Positions 46,838-55,780 of a stretch of 64,000 bases of DNA are shown here, piece by piece (the stretch's first letter is position 1; the number at the start of each line of letters is the position of its first letter). The position numbers and the translations under genes are program-made. The notes beneath the pieces are model-generated. The model was not told where the DNA came from, did no database searches, and saw only the letters and a program-made list of their open reading frames with translations. Source of the DNA: Microbacterium hydrocarbonoxydans (lineage in GTDB: Bacteria; Actinomycetota; Actinomycetes; Actinomycetales; Microbacteriaceae); contig JBEBQG010000015.1 in the NCBI GenBank assembly GCA_040395495.1, forward strand, positions 391-64,390, read 5' to 3'.

Positions 46838-49800
46838 GTGTGGCGACGTGATGGCAAGGCTGCGGAAGAGGCGGCGACGGATGCCGCGGTGACCCTCGGC
46901 GAGCTGCACGGGAGCCCGACCGGTGTCGATGTCGCGCATGCCGCCGAGGCGGAGCGCACACGGCTGCGTGCGGAGGCGGCTGATCTGGGCGGTCCTTCCC
47001 CCCTGGTGTCGTTCCGGGACACCGTGGAATCGGGCATCGACATCTCCAAAGCCCACCCCGGCAGCCTGCCCCAGTTCATCACCGGCAAGTCGACGCTCCT
47101 CTCCAACCTCTTCCGCGACGAGGTGGGTCTGCGCACGGCCCGACTCGCCGCCGAGCGCATCACCGCCAAGAACACCGAACTGCGTACGGTGCGGGGGATC
47201 GAGGCCGTCCATCTCGCCGTCGGCGTCGCGGGGTGGCGCATCGGAGGCGTCGACTACGCGGCGCCCGTGCTCCTGCGACCGCTCGCGATCCGGCGGCACC
47301 ACTCCGACTTCGAACTCAAGCTGCAGGGCGCCTTCGAGGTGAACCCGGAGCTGGTCCGCATCGCCCGTGAGCACTTCGGTCTGAGCATCGACGCCGCGGC
47401 GCTGGCCTCGCTCGCCTACGACGGCGGGATCTTCAAGCCGCAACCCGTGATCGACAGCCTGCGCGCGTCCACGAGGTCGATCGACACCTTCTCCGTGCAG
47501 CCGCGCCTGGTCGTCTCGACGTTCGCCGACGTGGCCGGCGCGCTCACCCGCGACGGCCGCAACCTCGATCACGTGGTGCTCAACGCCCTCGCCGGTCACG
47601 TGGGGGATCGGGAGCAGATCTCGGCGCGACGACCGGAACCGCACCACACCGGGCCCGACGACAGGGCGCCGGCATCCGACAACCTCCTGCTCGACGCGGA
47701 TGCCGAGCAGGAGGCCGTGCTGGCGCGGATCGCCGCCGGCCATTCGCTGACCATCGCGACCCTGCCGGGGACCGGCGGGACCCAGACGGTCATCAACGCC
47801 CTCGGCGAGCTCGTGCGCGGCGGCAAGAGGGTGCTCGTGGTGTCCGCCCGCCGGTCGACTCTCGACGGCGTCCGTCATCGTCTGGCTGGCATCGGCCTCG
47901 ACAGCCTCGCCGTGTCGACGTCCTCCGTGCGGCGTGACCTGGTGCGCGCGATCGGACGCAACGAGAAGGCCGCTGCGCCCAAGGTCGGCGACGTCGACGA
48001 CGCGCTGGTGCGTCTGCGAACGGTCCTGCGCGACTACCGGCAGGCGCTGACCACCCCGGTCGCCGGCACGGGGGCCTCCGTGCTCGACGCGACCCGTCAC
48101 CTGACCCGGCTCGCATCCCTCCCGAATCCGCCGTCGACCACGGCTCGGCTCAGCCTCGAAGCGCTGCGCCGTCTCGCCGACGACAGGTCAGCCGCCGCAT
48201 CCGCCCTGGCCCAGGCCGCGCGTCTCGGGGAGTTCCGATTCGGGCCCGACGACTCGCCCTGGTACGGTGTCAGCTTCTCGAGCACGGAGGCGGCGCGATC
48301 GGCGCACGAACTCGCGTCGCGTCTGCACGCGACGGCGGTGCCTGCCCTGCTCGAGCGCGGGTACGCGCTGATCTCCCAGACCCACATGCGGCCGTTCGCG
48401 ACGATCGACGAGCTCGGCGAGTACCTGCGCCTCCTGCAGGGGATCCGCGACTCCCTCGACCGGTTCAGCCCGACCGTGTTCGAGCGGCCGCTGGGCGAGC
48501 TGATCCAGGCCCACGGATCCCGGCGCGACGCCCCGGGCATGTCCGGTGCGAACCGGCGGCGGCTGCGACGGCTTGCGAAGGAGTACGTGCGCCCGGGGGT
48601 GCACGTGACCGAGATGCACGAGGCGCTGCTGCGCATCCAGACGCAGCGCACCCAGTGGCAGCGGGTGGTCGAGGCCGGTGTCGCACCGGAGATCCCCCTG
48701 GGTATCGCGGACGTGTACGTGGCCTGGCAGCGGGTGGAGGCCGAACTCGCCGAGCTCGACGCCGCTCTCGGCCGGCGGGAGCCGCTGTCCTCGCTCCCCG
48801 TGGCGCGCCTGGTGCGGATGCTGGCGGGACTCGCGGCGAAGTCCGACGTCTTCGACAACCTCGTCGAGCGCGCGCAGCTGCGCGACCGTCTCTCCGAACT
48901 CGGGATCGAGCCGCTGCTCACCGAGCTCTCCGTGCGCCACGTCTCCGAATCGCGGGTGGGCGACGAACTGGAATTCGCATGGTGGCAGTCCCTGCTCGAG
49001 CGCGCGCTGCAGGACGACAGGGCGCTCCTCGGCGCCAACACGGCCGTGGTCGACAGGCTCGAGAGGGACTTCCGTCTCGTCGACGAGGCTCATGCCGCGG
49101 CGGCGGGCCCTCTCCTCGCCTGGCAGCTCGCGAACCAGTGGCGGATCGCGATCGTCGACGAGCCGCAGGAGTCGCAGAACCTGCGTCGCGCGCTCACCCA
49201 GAAGGGCACGAGCACGGCCGAGATCGTCAGCGCTGCGCCGACCCTGGTCAACGTGCTCGCCCCCGTGTGGATCTCGTCGCCCTACCTGGTACCCGAGATC
49301 CCCGATTCCGTCGAGTTCGACACCGTGCTCCTGGTGGACTCGGGGGCGATCAACCTCGCGGAGGCCGCCCCCGCGATCCGCCGGGCCCGCCAGATCGTCG
49401 CCTTCGGCGACCCGGTCACCCAGCGCCCCACCCCGTTCCGCGTGGCTGTGGACCCCGGTGCGGAGTGGGAGCCCGAGGTGCCGTTCGACCAGGTGTCGGT
49501 GTTCGAGCGCCTGTCCGAGGTGTTCCCCGTGTCGACGCTCACCCGCAGTTACCGGGCGGGTGGCGAGGACCTGGTCGAGCTCATCAACGACGCCTTCTAC
49601 GGCGGCGAGATCGTCTCCCTCCCGTGGGCGGGCTCGTATCTGGGCCGGGGGAGCCTCACGGTCGACTACGTCGAGGGCGGGACGGGCACCCCCGACCCCG
49701 TGTCCGGCGCCGTGGAGAGCCCGGACGCCGAGGTCGCCAGGGTCGTCACCCTCGTGGTCGAGCACGCCGTGCATCGGCCGGATGAGTCGCTCATGGTCGT

Positions 49801-50557
49801 CACGGCGAGCACCAGGCACGCCGAGCGGGTGCGAGCCGCCGTCACCTCGGCCTTCGCCGGGCGTGCGGACGTCGCGGACTTCGTCGGACGTGACACGGCG
49901 GAGCCCTTCGCCGTGCTCACCCTCGAGGAATCGGTGGCGGAGAGCCGCGATCGGGTGATCTTCTCCCTCGGATTCGGCCTCACCAAGCACGGCCGGGTGC
50001 TGAGCGACTTCGGAGACCTTTCGTCGCCCGACGGGGAGCGGCTGCTCACCGTGGGCATGACCCGTGCCAGGCGTTCGATGGTGATCGTCTCCTCGATCCG
50101 GCCATCGGCGTTCGACGACGGCCGCCTGGAATACGGCGCCGCCACCCTCATGTCGATCCTCGGCGGACTCGCCGGTCGCGGCCGGGACGCCCGTCTGGAG
50201 GACCTCGCCGACCCGCTCACCCTGGCCCTCGCGCGCGAGCTGCGACGCCTGGGCGCCTCCGTCGACGTGGACTACCGCGGACTGCTCCCGCTCGTGGCGC
50301 AGCACGACGGCAAGGCCGTCGTCATCGAGTCGGACCCGGAGTCGAGGGGGGAGTCCCTGCGCGAGACGCTGCGTCTCCGCCCGCACGTGCTCCGCCGTCT
50401 CGGCTGGCACTACGTGCGGGTGCACGCCTTCGACCTCTACAGCGACCCGGCGACGGTGGCCACGCGCATTGCAGGGGTGCTGGGCATCTCGGCGTCCGCT
50501 CCCCGTGCCGAGAACGACACGCAGCCGCTCGACACCGTCGACCCGCACGATGGATGA
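46838..50557 (+). CDS. SF1 (Upf1-like, DUF4011/AAA_11/AAA_12 architecture) helicase-related protein with degenerate ATPase motifs and endonuclease-like C-terminal domain
   Basis: 1239 aa. The motif I position reads LPGTGGTQT (Gly where Lys is expected, codon 47777-47779). The motif II position reads LLVDSGA (Ser where Glu is expected, codon 49340-49342). Later SF1 motifs are recognisable (TRSYRAG, LLTVGMTRARRSMVIV). The C-terminus LRRLGWHYVRVHAFDLYSDP resembles DUF559/REase-like ends. Confidence 0.75.
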   Translation: MWRRDGKAAEEAATDAAVTLGELHGSPTGVDVAHAAEAERTRLRAEAADLGGPSPLVSFRDTVESGIDISKAHPGSLPQFITGKSTLLSNLFRDEVGLRTARLAAERITAKNTELRTVRGIEAVHLAVGVAGWRIGGVDYAAPVLLRPLAIRRHHSDFELKLQGAFEVNPELVRIAREHFGLSIDAAALASLAYDGGIFKPQPVIDSLRASTRSIDTFSVQPRLVVSTFADVAGALTRDGRNLDHVVLNALAGHVGDREQISARRPEPHHTGPDDRAPASDNLLLDADAEQEAVLARIAAGHSLTIATLPGTGGTQTVINALGELVRGGKRVLVVSARRSTLDGVRHRLAGIGLDSLAVSTSSVRRDLVRAIGRNEKAAAPKVGDVDDALVRLRTVLRDYRQALTTPVAGTGASVLDATRHLTRLASLPNPPSTTARLSLEALRRLADDRSAAASALAQAARLGEFRFGPDDSPWYGVSFSSTEAARSAHELASRLHATAVPALLERGYALISQTHMRPFATIDELGEYLRLLQGIRDSLDRFSPTVFERPLGELIQAHGSRRDAPGMSGANRRRLRRLAKEYVRPGVHVTEMHEALLRIQTQRTQWQRVVEAGVAPEIPLGIADVYVAWQRVEAELAELDAALGRREPLSSLPVARLVRMLAGLAAKSDVFDNLVERAQLRDRLSELGIEPLLTELSVRHVSESRVGDELEFAWWQSLLERALQDDRALLGANTAVVDRLERDFRLVDEAHAAAAGPLLAWQLANQWRIAIVDEPQESQNLRRALTQKGTSTAEIVSAAPTLVNVLAPVWISSPYLVPEIPDSVEFDTVLLVDSGAINLAEAAPAIRRARQIVAFGDPVTQRPTPFRVAVDPGAEWEPEVPFDQVSVFERLSEVFPVSTLTRSYRAGGEDLVELINDAFYGGEIVSLPWAGSYLGRGSLTVDYVEGGTGTPDPVSGAVESPDAEVARVVTLVVEHAVHRPDESLMVVTASTRHAERVRAAVTSAFAGRADVADFVGRDTAEPFAVLTLEESVAESRDRVIFSLGFGLTKHGRVLSDFGDLSSPDGERLLTVGMTRARRSMVIVSSIRPSAFDDGRLEYGAATLMSILGGLAGRGRDARLEDLADPLTLALARELRRLGASVDVDYRGLLPLVAQHDGKAVVIESDPESRGESLRETLRLRPHVLRRLGWHYVRVHAFDLYSDPATVATRIAGVLGISASAPRAENDTQPLDTVDPHDG

Positions 50558-50744
50558 CGCGGCACGACGTCAGCACGTCGAACGCGTCGCGGGATCGCGC
50601 CGCGCTCGCCTGACTCCCGTGCCCGGTACCGACACCGCTCCGGAGACCCGCTCCTCGGAGGAGGAACCCGCCGCGACGAGGGCGCCGGTCGACAGGGGAC
50701 CCAACGACGATCGGCTGCGGCAGGACGTCCCGCCGCACTACTGA
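50550..50744 (+). CDS. hypothetical small protein (64 aa)
   Basis: The ATG at 50550 overlaps the helicase-like stop by 8 nt (ATGGATGA). Third-position GC is about 80 percent. No recognised motif; the protein ends DRLRQDVPPHY. Confidence 0.4.
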   Translation: MDDAARRQHVERVAGSRRARLTPVPGTDTAPETRSSEEEPAATRAPVDRGPNDDRLRQDVPPHY

Positions 50745-50761
50745 GGGCCCGCCGGGAACGG

Positions 50762-50797
50762 CGAAGCGCGGCACCTCGGTGGAGATGCCGCGCTTCG
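50762..50797. terminator. bidirectional hairpin terminator
   Basis: CGAAGCGCGGCA-12 nt loop-TGCCGCGCTTCG, a 12-bp perfect stem between convergent genes. Confidence 0.65.
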
Positions 50798-50818
50798 GAT
50801 GCGGTGTGCGGATGCCGG

Positions 50819-51226
50819 TCAGGCGCCGCGCTGCTGGCGCAGCAGGTCGCGGATCTCGATGAGGAGCTCCTGCTCGTTCGGCAGCGTCGCCTCCTCGACC
50901 TTGGGGTTCTTCGCGGCCTGGCGCTCCTTGTACTTGTTCATCGGCATGACGAACACGAAGTAGACCACGAGCGCGACGGCGAGGAAGCTGATGATCGCGC
51001 TGATGAGCTCGCCGACCGGGAAGGTCACCTCCTGGCCGAAGATGCCGTGAGTGACGATGCCGATCTTGCCCGTCGAGTCGGCGTTGAAGAACAGCGAGAC
51101 GAGCGGGTTGATGATGCTCGAGACGACGGCGTTGACGATCGCGGTGAACGCGCCGCCGATGACGACGGCGACCGCGAGGTCGATGACGTTGCCCTGTGAG
51201 ATGAACTCCTTGAAGCCCTTGAACAT
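50819..51226 (-). CDS. mscL: large-conductance mechanosensitive channel
   Basis: MFKGFKEFISQGNVIDLAVAVVIGGAFTAIVNAVVSSIINPL; start at 51226. The longer 225-aa ORF is rejected. Confidence 0.95.
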   Translation of the reverse strand: MFKGFKEFISQGNVIDLAVAVVIGGAFTAIVNAVVSSIINPLVSLFFNADSTGKIGIVTHGIFGQEVTFPVGELISAIISFLAVALVVYFVFVMPMNKYKERQAAKNPKVEEATLPNEQELLIEIRDLLRQQRGA

Positions 51227-51252
51227 GGATACCCCCAACTGGATGATCCGCC

Positions 51253-51525
51253 TCAGGTGGAGGCGGGGCTCGACGCGGGGGCCTTTTTGGCTCCTGTCGA
51301 CGATTCCGTCTTCGATGATGCCGAAGCATCCGTCGATGCGCCAGATTTCGCGCGCGAGTCCGTGCGATAGAAGCCGGAGCCGTTGAAGGTCACGCCGATC
51401 GATCCGTACTGCTTGCGCAGCGCTCCGCCGCACTCGGGGCAGACCGTGAGGGCGTCGTCGGAGAAGCTCTGCACGGCGTCGAACTGGTGCCCGCACGACG
51501 TGCAGGCGTAGGCGTAGGTGGGCAT
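51253..51525 (-). CDS. FmdB family zinc-ribbon protein
   Basis: MPTYAYACTSCGHQFDAVQSFSDDALTVCPECGG has the CxxC...CxxC pattern and is followed by a Ser-rich tail. Confidence 0.8.
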   Translation of the reverse strand: MPTYAYACTSCGHQFDAVQSFSDDALTVCPECGGALRKQYGSIGVTFNGSGFYRTDSRAKSGASTDASASSKTESSTGAKKAPASSPAST

Positions 51526-51542
51526 GGATGTCCTCGGGGTGT

Positions 51543-52139
51543 TCAGCGCCGCGTCTGCGACAGGATCAGTGTCTGCGTCGGGGTCACGACGCCGGTCACC
51601 GGCTGGTCGTGCACCTCCCGAGGCAGGGAGTCGAGTATCTCGGAATCATAGACGACCGCGTAGACGGGCGGGCACTTCTCCATGGATCCGATGGTCTTGT
51701 CGAAGTAGCCGCGGCCCCAGCCCATGCGCATCCCCGTTCGGTCGACGGCGGCGGCGGGGATGATCATGAGGTCGACGTCGTTCACCGCTATCGGTCCGAG
51801 CACGGCGCCTGTCGGCTCCGGCAGCCCGTAGAGGCCCTCGGCGATCTCGTCGTCGTCGGTGGCGACGGCCCAGTCGAGCAGTCCGTCGGCCCGGGTGATC
51901 GGGAGGAGCACGCGGATGCCGCGGCGAACGGCGGCCGAGACGAACTCCCGTGTGCCCGGCTCGGTGGTGGTCGAGAGGAAGCAGGAGACGGACCGGGCGC
52001 CGAGAGAATCGACCAGTTCGTCGAGCCGACGGGCGATGGCGGTCGCGGCCTCGGCGCGCTGGCTCTCGCTCAGGAGCTGACGGCGCTCGCGCAGATCGGC
52101 CCGCAGCGCCCGCTTTGCGTGCTCGACGTCGTTCGACAT
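51543..52139 (-). CDS. 5-formyltetrahydrofolate cyclo-ligase
   Basis: Start MSNDVEHAKRALR at 52139. Contains DLMIIPAAAVDRTGMRMGWGRGYFD and synteny with mscL/galU. Confidence 0.85.
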   Translation of the reverse strand: MSNDVEHAKRALRADLRERRQLLSESQRAEAATAIARRLDELVDSLGARSVSCFLSTTTEPGTREFVSAAVRRGIRVLLPITRADGLLDWAVATDDDEIAEGLYGLPEPTGAVLGPIAVNDVDLMIIPAAAVDRTGMRMGWGRGYFDKTIGSMEKCPPVYAVVYDSEILDSLPREVHDQPVTGVVTPTQTLILSQTRR

Positions 52140-52180
52140 GGCTCCGAGTCTACGTGGCGGGTCACCGCTAGGCTGGAGCA

Positions 52181-53068
52181 ATGGGTCACCAGAAGATCAA
52201 GGCCGTCATACCCGCTGCAGGACTGGGGACGCGGTTCCTGCCAGCGACCAAGGCGATGCCGAAGGAGATGCTCCCCGTCGTCGACAAGCCGGCCATCCAG
52301 TACGTGGTCGAAGAGGCGGCGGATGCCGGCATCGAAGACATCCTGGTGATCATCGGACGCAACAAGAACGCGATCTCCAACCATTTCGACTCGGTGCCCG
52401 AGCTCGAGGTCAAGCTGACCGAGAAGGGCGACACCGGGCGTCTGGAACGCGTGATGAAGTCGAGTGATCTCGCCGACATCCACTTCGTGCGGCAGGGAGA
52501 GCCCAAGGGGCTCGGCCATGCGGTGCTCCGCTCCAAGACGCACGTCGGAGACAGCTCCTTCGCCGTACTGCTCGGCGACGACCTGATCGATGAGCGCGAC
52601 CCGCTGCTCACCGAGATGATCGCCGAGCACGAGCGCACCGGCGCCGCCGTCGTCGCCCTCATGGAGGTCGACCCCGCCAGCATCCACCTCTACGGCGCGG
52701 CCGCCGTGGAGGAGATGGAGGGCACGGATGCCGTGCGAGTGACCGGCCTCGTCGAGAAGCCCGCGCAGGAGGACGCCCCCTCCAACCTCGCCGTGATCGG
52801 ACGCTACGTGCTTCCGGCGTCGGTGTTCGAGATCCTCGAGCGCACCGAGCCGGGCAAGGGCGGGGAGATCCAGCTCACCGATGCCCTGCAGGAGCTGGCC
52901 ACCGACCCCGCAGGACCCGGCGTCGTGGGCGTCGTGTTCCGCGGACGTCGCTACGACACCGGAGACCGGGTCGACTACATCAAGGCGATCGTGCAGCTCG
53001 CCGCCGACCGCGACGACCTCGGTCCCGACCTCCGACCGTGGCTGAAGGAGTTCGCGGCACGCCTCTAG
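52181..53068 (+). CDS. galU: UTP--glucose-1-phosphate uridylyltransferase
   Basis: KAVIPAAGLGTRFLPATKAMPKEMLPVVDKPAIQYVVEEA...VRQGEPKGLGHAV. Confidence 0.95.
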   Translation: MGHQKIKAVIPAAGLGTRFLPATKAMPKEMLPVVDKPAIQYVVEEAADAGIEDILVIIGRNKNAISNHFDSVPELEVKLTEKGDTGRLERVMKSSDLADIHFVRQGEPKGLGHAVLRSKTHVGDSSFAVLLGDDLIDERDPLLTEMIAEHERTGAAVVALMEVDPASIHLYGAAAVEEMEGTDAVRVTGLVEKPAQEDAPSNLAVIGRYVLPASVFEILERTEPGKGGEIQLTDALQELATDPAGPGVVGVVFRGRRYDTGDRVDYIKAIVQLAADRDDLGPDLRPWLKEFAARL

Positions 53069-53091
53069 GCGGCACCGCGGCGTCGGGAGCG

Positions 53092-53724
53092 ATGATGGAT
53101 CTGGCGACGGGAATGCGGCACGGGCCGGTCGAGCTGCGACTCGTGCGCTCGCGCGACGCCCGTCCGCTGCAGCATGAGTTGCTGACCAATCGCAGCTGGC
53201 TACAGCCGTGGGAGGCCACCGTGCCCTACGGCTCGGTGTCGTTCGACATGCGCCTCAGCATCCGCCGTCTCCTGCAGCAGTACCGTGACGGCGCCGGCTA
53301 TCCCTTCGTGATGGAGTACGACGGCGAGATCGCCGGACAGCTCAACGTGTGGGGAGTGGCGAGAGGATCGCTCTGCTCGGCGACGATCGGCTACTGGGTG
53401 AGCGAACGGTTCGCCGGCAAGGGGATCACCCCGACGGCGGTGGCGCTGGCGACCGACGCCTGCTTCGTCGAGTACGGCCTGCACCGCATGGAGATCTGCA
53501 TCAGACCGGAGAACGCGGCGAGCCTGCGCATCGTCCAGAAGCTCGGCTTCCGGTATGAGGGTCTGCGTCGGCGCTTCATCCACATCGACGGTGACTGGCG
53601 CGACCACTACGCGTTCGCGCTCACCAAGGAGGATGTGCCGCAGGGCGTCCTCGCGAGATGGCTCAACGGCCAGGTGCCTCCGGATGCGGCGACGGTGCCG
53701 CCGTCCGATCGTCTCACGATCTGA
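53092..53724 (+). CDS. GNAT family N-acetyltransferase (RimJ/RimL-like)
   Basis: ATG at 53092. IGYWVSERFAGKGITPTAVALATDACFVEYGLHRMEICIRPENAASLRIVQKLGFRYEG. Confidence 0.8.
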   Translation: MMDLATGMRHGPVELRLVRSRDARPLQHELLTNRSWLQPWEATVPYGSVSFDMRLSIRRLLQQYRDGAGYPFVMEYDGEIAGQLNVWGVARGSLCSATIGYWVSERFAGKGITPTAVALATDACFVEYGLHRMEICIRPENAASLRIVQKLGFRYEGLRRRFIHIDGDWRDHYAFALTKEDVPQGVLARWLNGQVPPDAATVPPSDRLTI

Positions 53725-53783
53725 TCGCGACACACGCCCCGTGCTGAGGGTGTGGTCGGCGCTGTTCCCTTACCGTTGACCCT

Positions 53784-54638
53784 ATGGATGGGCCGGTGCT
53801 GAGCGGGGGAGTGATCGTCCTCGTCGCCGTGCTCCTGTGGATGCTCTATCTGCTGCCGTCCTGGCGTGGCCGTTTCCAGTACAACGCCGCCGAGCGCAAC
53901 GCCGTCCGTCTCAACCAGGCGCTGCGTGTGCTCGCGGAGACCAGCGAGACCCCCGGCGAGGTGCGCCTGGAGCTGACCGCCCGCACCGCGCTCGCCCAGC
54001 AGAAGCTGGCGAAGCGGCTGCAGTCGGAGAAGGAGGCGGCCGAGCTTGTGCTCCTCAAGGAGCAGCTGGCGGCGACCAAGGCCGACCCCGTCGTGCGTCA
54101 GGCGCGTGCGCGCCGCCGTGTGCGGATCGGGGCGACGACGGGCCTCCTGGCGGGACTGGTGCTGACCGGCCTCGGCGTCTGGCAGCTCCTCGCCGCGCAG
54201 GCGCAGCTGCTGCTCTGGATCGGCGGCGCGATCGTGCTGCTGTCCGGGCTCGTCCTTCAGCGCATGGCAGCCGTCACGGCGCGCGCCGCCCGCCGGCCGG
54301 CCGAGGCCGTCGCCTCCGCGGCCACGGCGACCCCGCGGGTCGCCCCCGAACTGCACGACCAGGGGCGGGCGACATGGACTCCGCGTCGGCTTCCCGAGCC
54401 GCTCGTGACGGTTGCGGGCTCCCGCGCGCAGGTCGCACAGGCGGAGATCGACGCGCAGACGGAGCGCCGCAAGGCTGCCCGTCTGGCCGAGCTCCGCGAG
54501 CGCGCGGAGCGGATGGCGCCTCCGGAGCCCGTGCAGCTCCCGGCGGCGGCCTCGCCGTACGCGCAGATGGGGTTCGTCGACGACGCCGAGATCGAGGCGC
54601 ATGTGCGGCAGCTGCTGGCGCGTCGCGCCGCGGGATGA
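53784..54638 (+). CDS. conserved hypothetical membrane protein
   Basis: 284 aa with high third-position GC, an N-terminal TM segment, a coiled-coil-like stretch and two further TM segments. No recognisable catalytic motif. Confidence 0.55.
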   Translation: MDGPVLSGGVIVLVAVLLWMLYLLPSWRGRFQYNAAERNAVRLNQALRVLAETSETPGEVRLELTARTALAQQKLAKRLQSEKEAAELVLLKEQLAATKADPVVRQARARRRVRIGATTGLLAGLVLTGLGVWQLLAAQAQLLLWIGGAIVLLSGLVLQRMAAVTARAARRPAEAVASAATATPRVAPELHDQGRATWTPRRLPEPLVTVAGSRAQVAQAEIDAQTERRKAARLAELRERAERMAPPEPVQLPAAASPYAQMGFVDDAEIEAHVRQLLARRAAG

Positions 54639-54689
54639 CGTCGGCGGCACGAACACCTCGGATCGCGTGATAACGTAGACGAGGTTCAC

Positions 54690-54762
54690 GGGCCTATGGC
54701 GCAGTTGGTAGCGCGCCTCGTTCGCATCGAGGAGGTCAGGGGTTCGAATCCCCTTAGGTCCA
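54690..54762 (+). tRNA. tRNA-Ala (anticodon CGC)
   Basis: Hand-folded: acceptor GGGCCUA/UAGGUCC with the G3:U70 alanine identity pair, anticodon stem CCUCG/CGAGG with loop UUCGCAU, T arm AGGGG-UUCGAAU-CCCCU, discriminator A. Confidence 0.9.
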
Positions 54763-54767
54763 CAGAC

Positions 54768-54810
54768 GACGAAGAGCCCCTCCGAGCGAAGCACGGAGGG
54801 GCTCTTCGTC
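54768..54810 (+). terminator. hairpin terminator after tRNA-Ala
   Basis: GACGAAGAGCCCCTCCG-AGCGAAGCA-CGGAGGGGCTCTTCGTC has a 17-bp perfect stem. Confidence 0.7.
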
Positions 54811-54903
54811 ATCTATATGGCTGAGTGATTCGGGGAGCGCCCGGATAGAGTGAATCGTGCTGTCGAACGCGAGGCCGCCTCAGGCCGCGGGGCCGGTGCC
54901 CCG

Positions 54904-55617
54904 ATGAGCGATGTGGCCGTGCTCCTTCGGGAGCAGGTGCTCTCCGGCGTCTACCCGGTGGGTGCCGCGCTCCCCAGCGAGGTCGAGCTGGCGGCCATCC
55001 ACCGCGTGTCGAGGCGCTCGATCCGCACGGCCCTCGCCTCCCTCGCCCGACAGGGACTCGTCGAACCCCATCGGGGATCGGGCTGGCTCGTGCAGCCGGG
55101 ACAGCCGCAGGGCTTCGATCGGATGCGGTCGTTCGCGCAGTGGGCCCGCAGTCGCGGTCGCGAGCCGGGCGGGTCGATCGTCTCGCGGACCGCGCGCAGA
55201 GCCACGGCGCGCGAGGCGCGGCTGCTTTCCGTGAGCACGGAAGCGGAGGTCGTGGTCTTCACCCGGGTGCGGACCCTCGAGCAGCGGGCCGTGATGGTGG
55301 AGCGCTCGACCTGGGCCCCGTGGGTCGTCCCGCACATCGCCGACGTGCCGGACGACGTGCCCTCCACCACCAAGGTCCTGGCGGATGCGGGCATCCTCGT
55401 GACCACCGGCACCCACCGCATCGAGGCCGTGGCTGCGGGGACCGAGGACGCCCGTCTGCTCGGCGTGCGACGATCGAGCCCGCTGCTCCAGGTGCGCCGG
55501 GAGACCTTCGCATCGACCGGTCGCCCGGTCGAGTGCGCCGAAGACCGGTACGTTCCGCACACCATCTCGTTCGAGGCGACGGCCTTCGGGGCCGCGGAGA
55601 TCCCCCTCGGCGATTGA
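54904..55617 (+). CDS. GntR family transcriptional regulator (HutC subfamily, UTRA domain)
   Basis: The winged helix is LPSEVELAAIHRVSRRSIRTALASLARQGLVEPHRGSGWLV, with a UTRA-like C-terminal half. The ATG at 54904 is preferred over the GTG at 54850; the start is uncertain. Confidence 0.8.
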   Translation: MSDVAVLLREQVLSGVYPVGAALPSEVELAAIHRVSRRSIRTALASLARQGLVEPHRGSGWLVQPGQPQGFDRMRSFAQWARSRGREPGGSIVSRTARRATAREARLLSVSTEAEVVVFTRVRTLEQRAVMVERSTWAPWVVPHIADVPDDVPSTTKVLADAGILVTTGTHRIEAVAAGTEDARLLGVRRSSPLLQVRRETFASTGRPVECAEDRYVPHTISFEATAFGAAEIPLGD

Positions 55618-55780
55618 CCCGCGGTGCGGTCGCCGCGAGACCGGTGTGCGCACCGGGCCACTCGGATCCCCCGATGCCGAGTGAATGACACCCCGCGGTC
55701 AAACCCCGTTCACGTCACGGCCATCTGGCGACGGTCGATTGGGCGATGTCCGATTCCTTCGCCCACACAGAGGATGCTCC

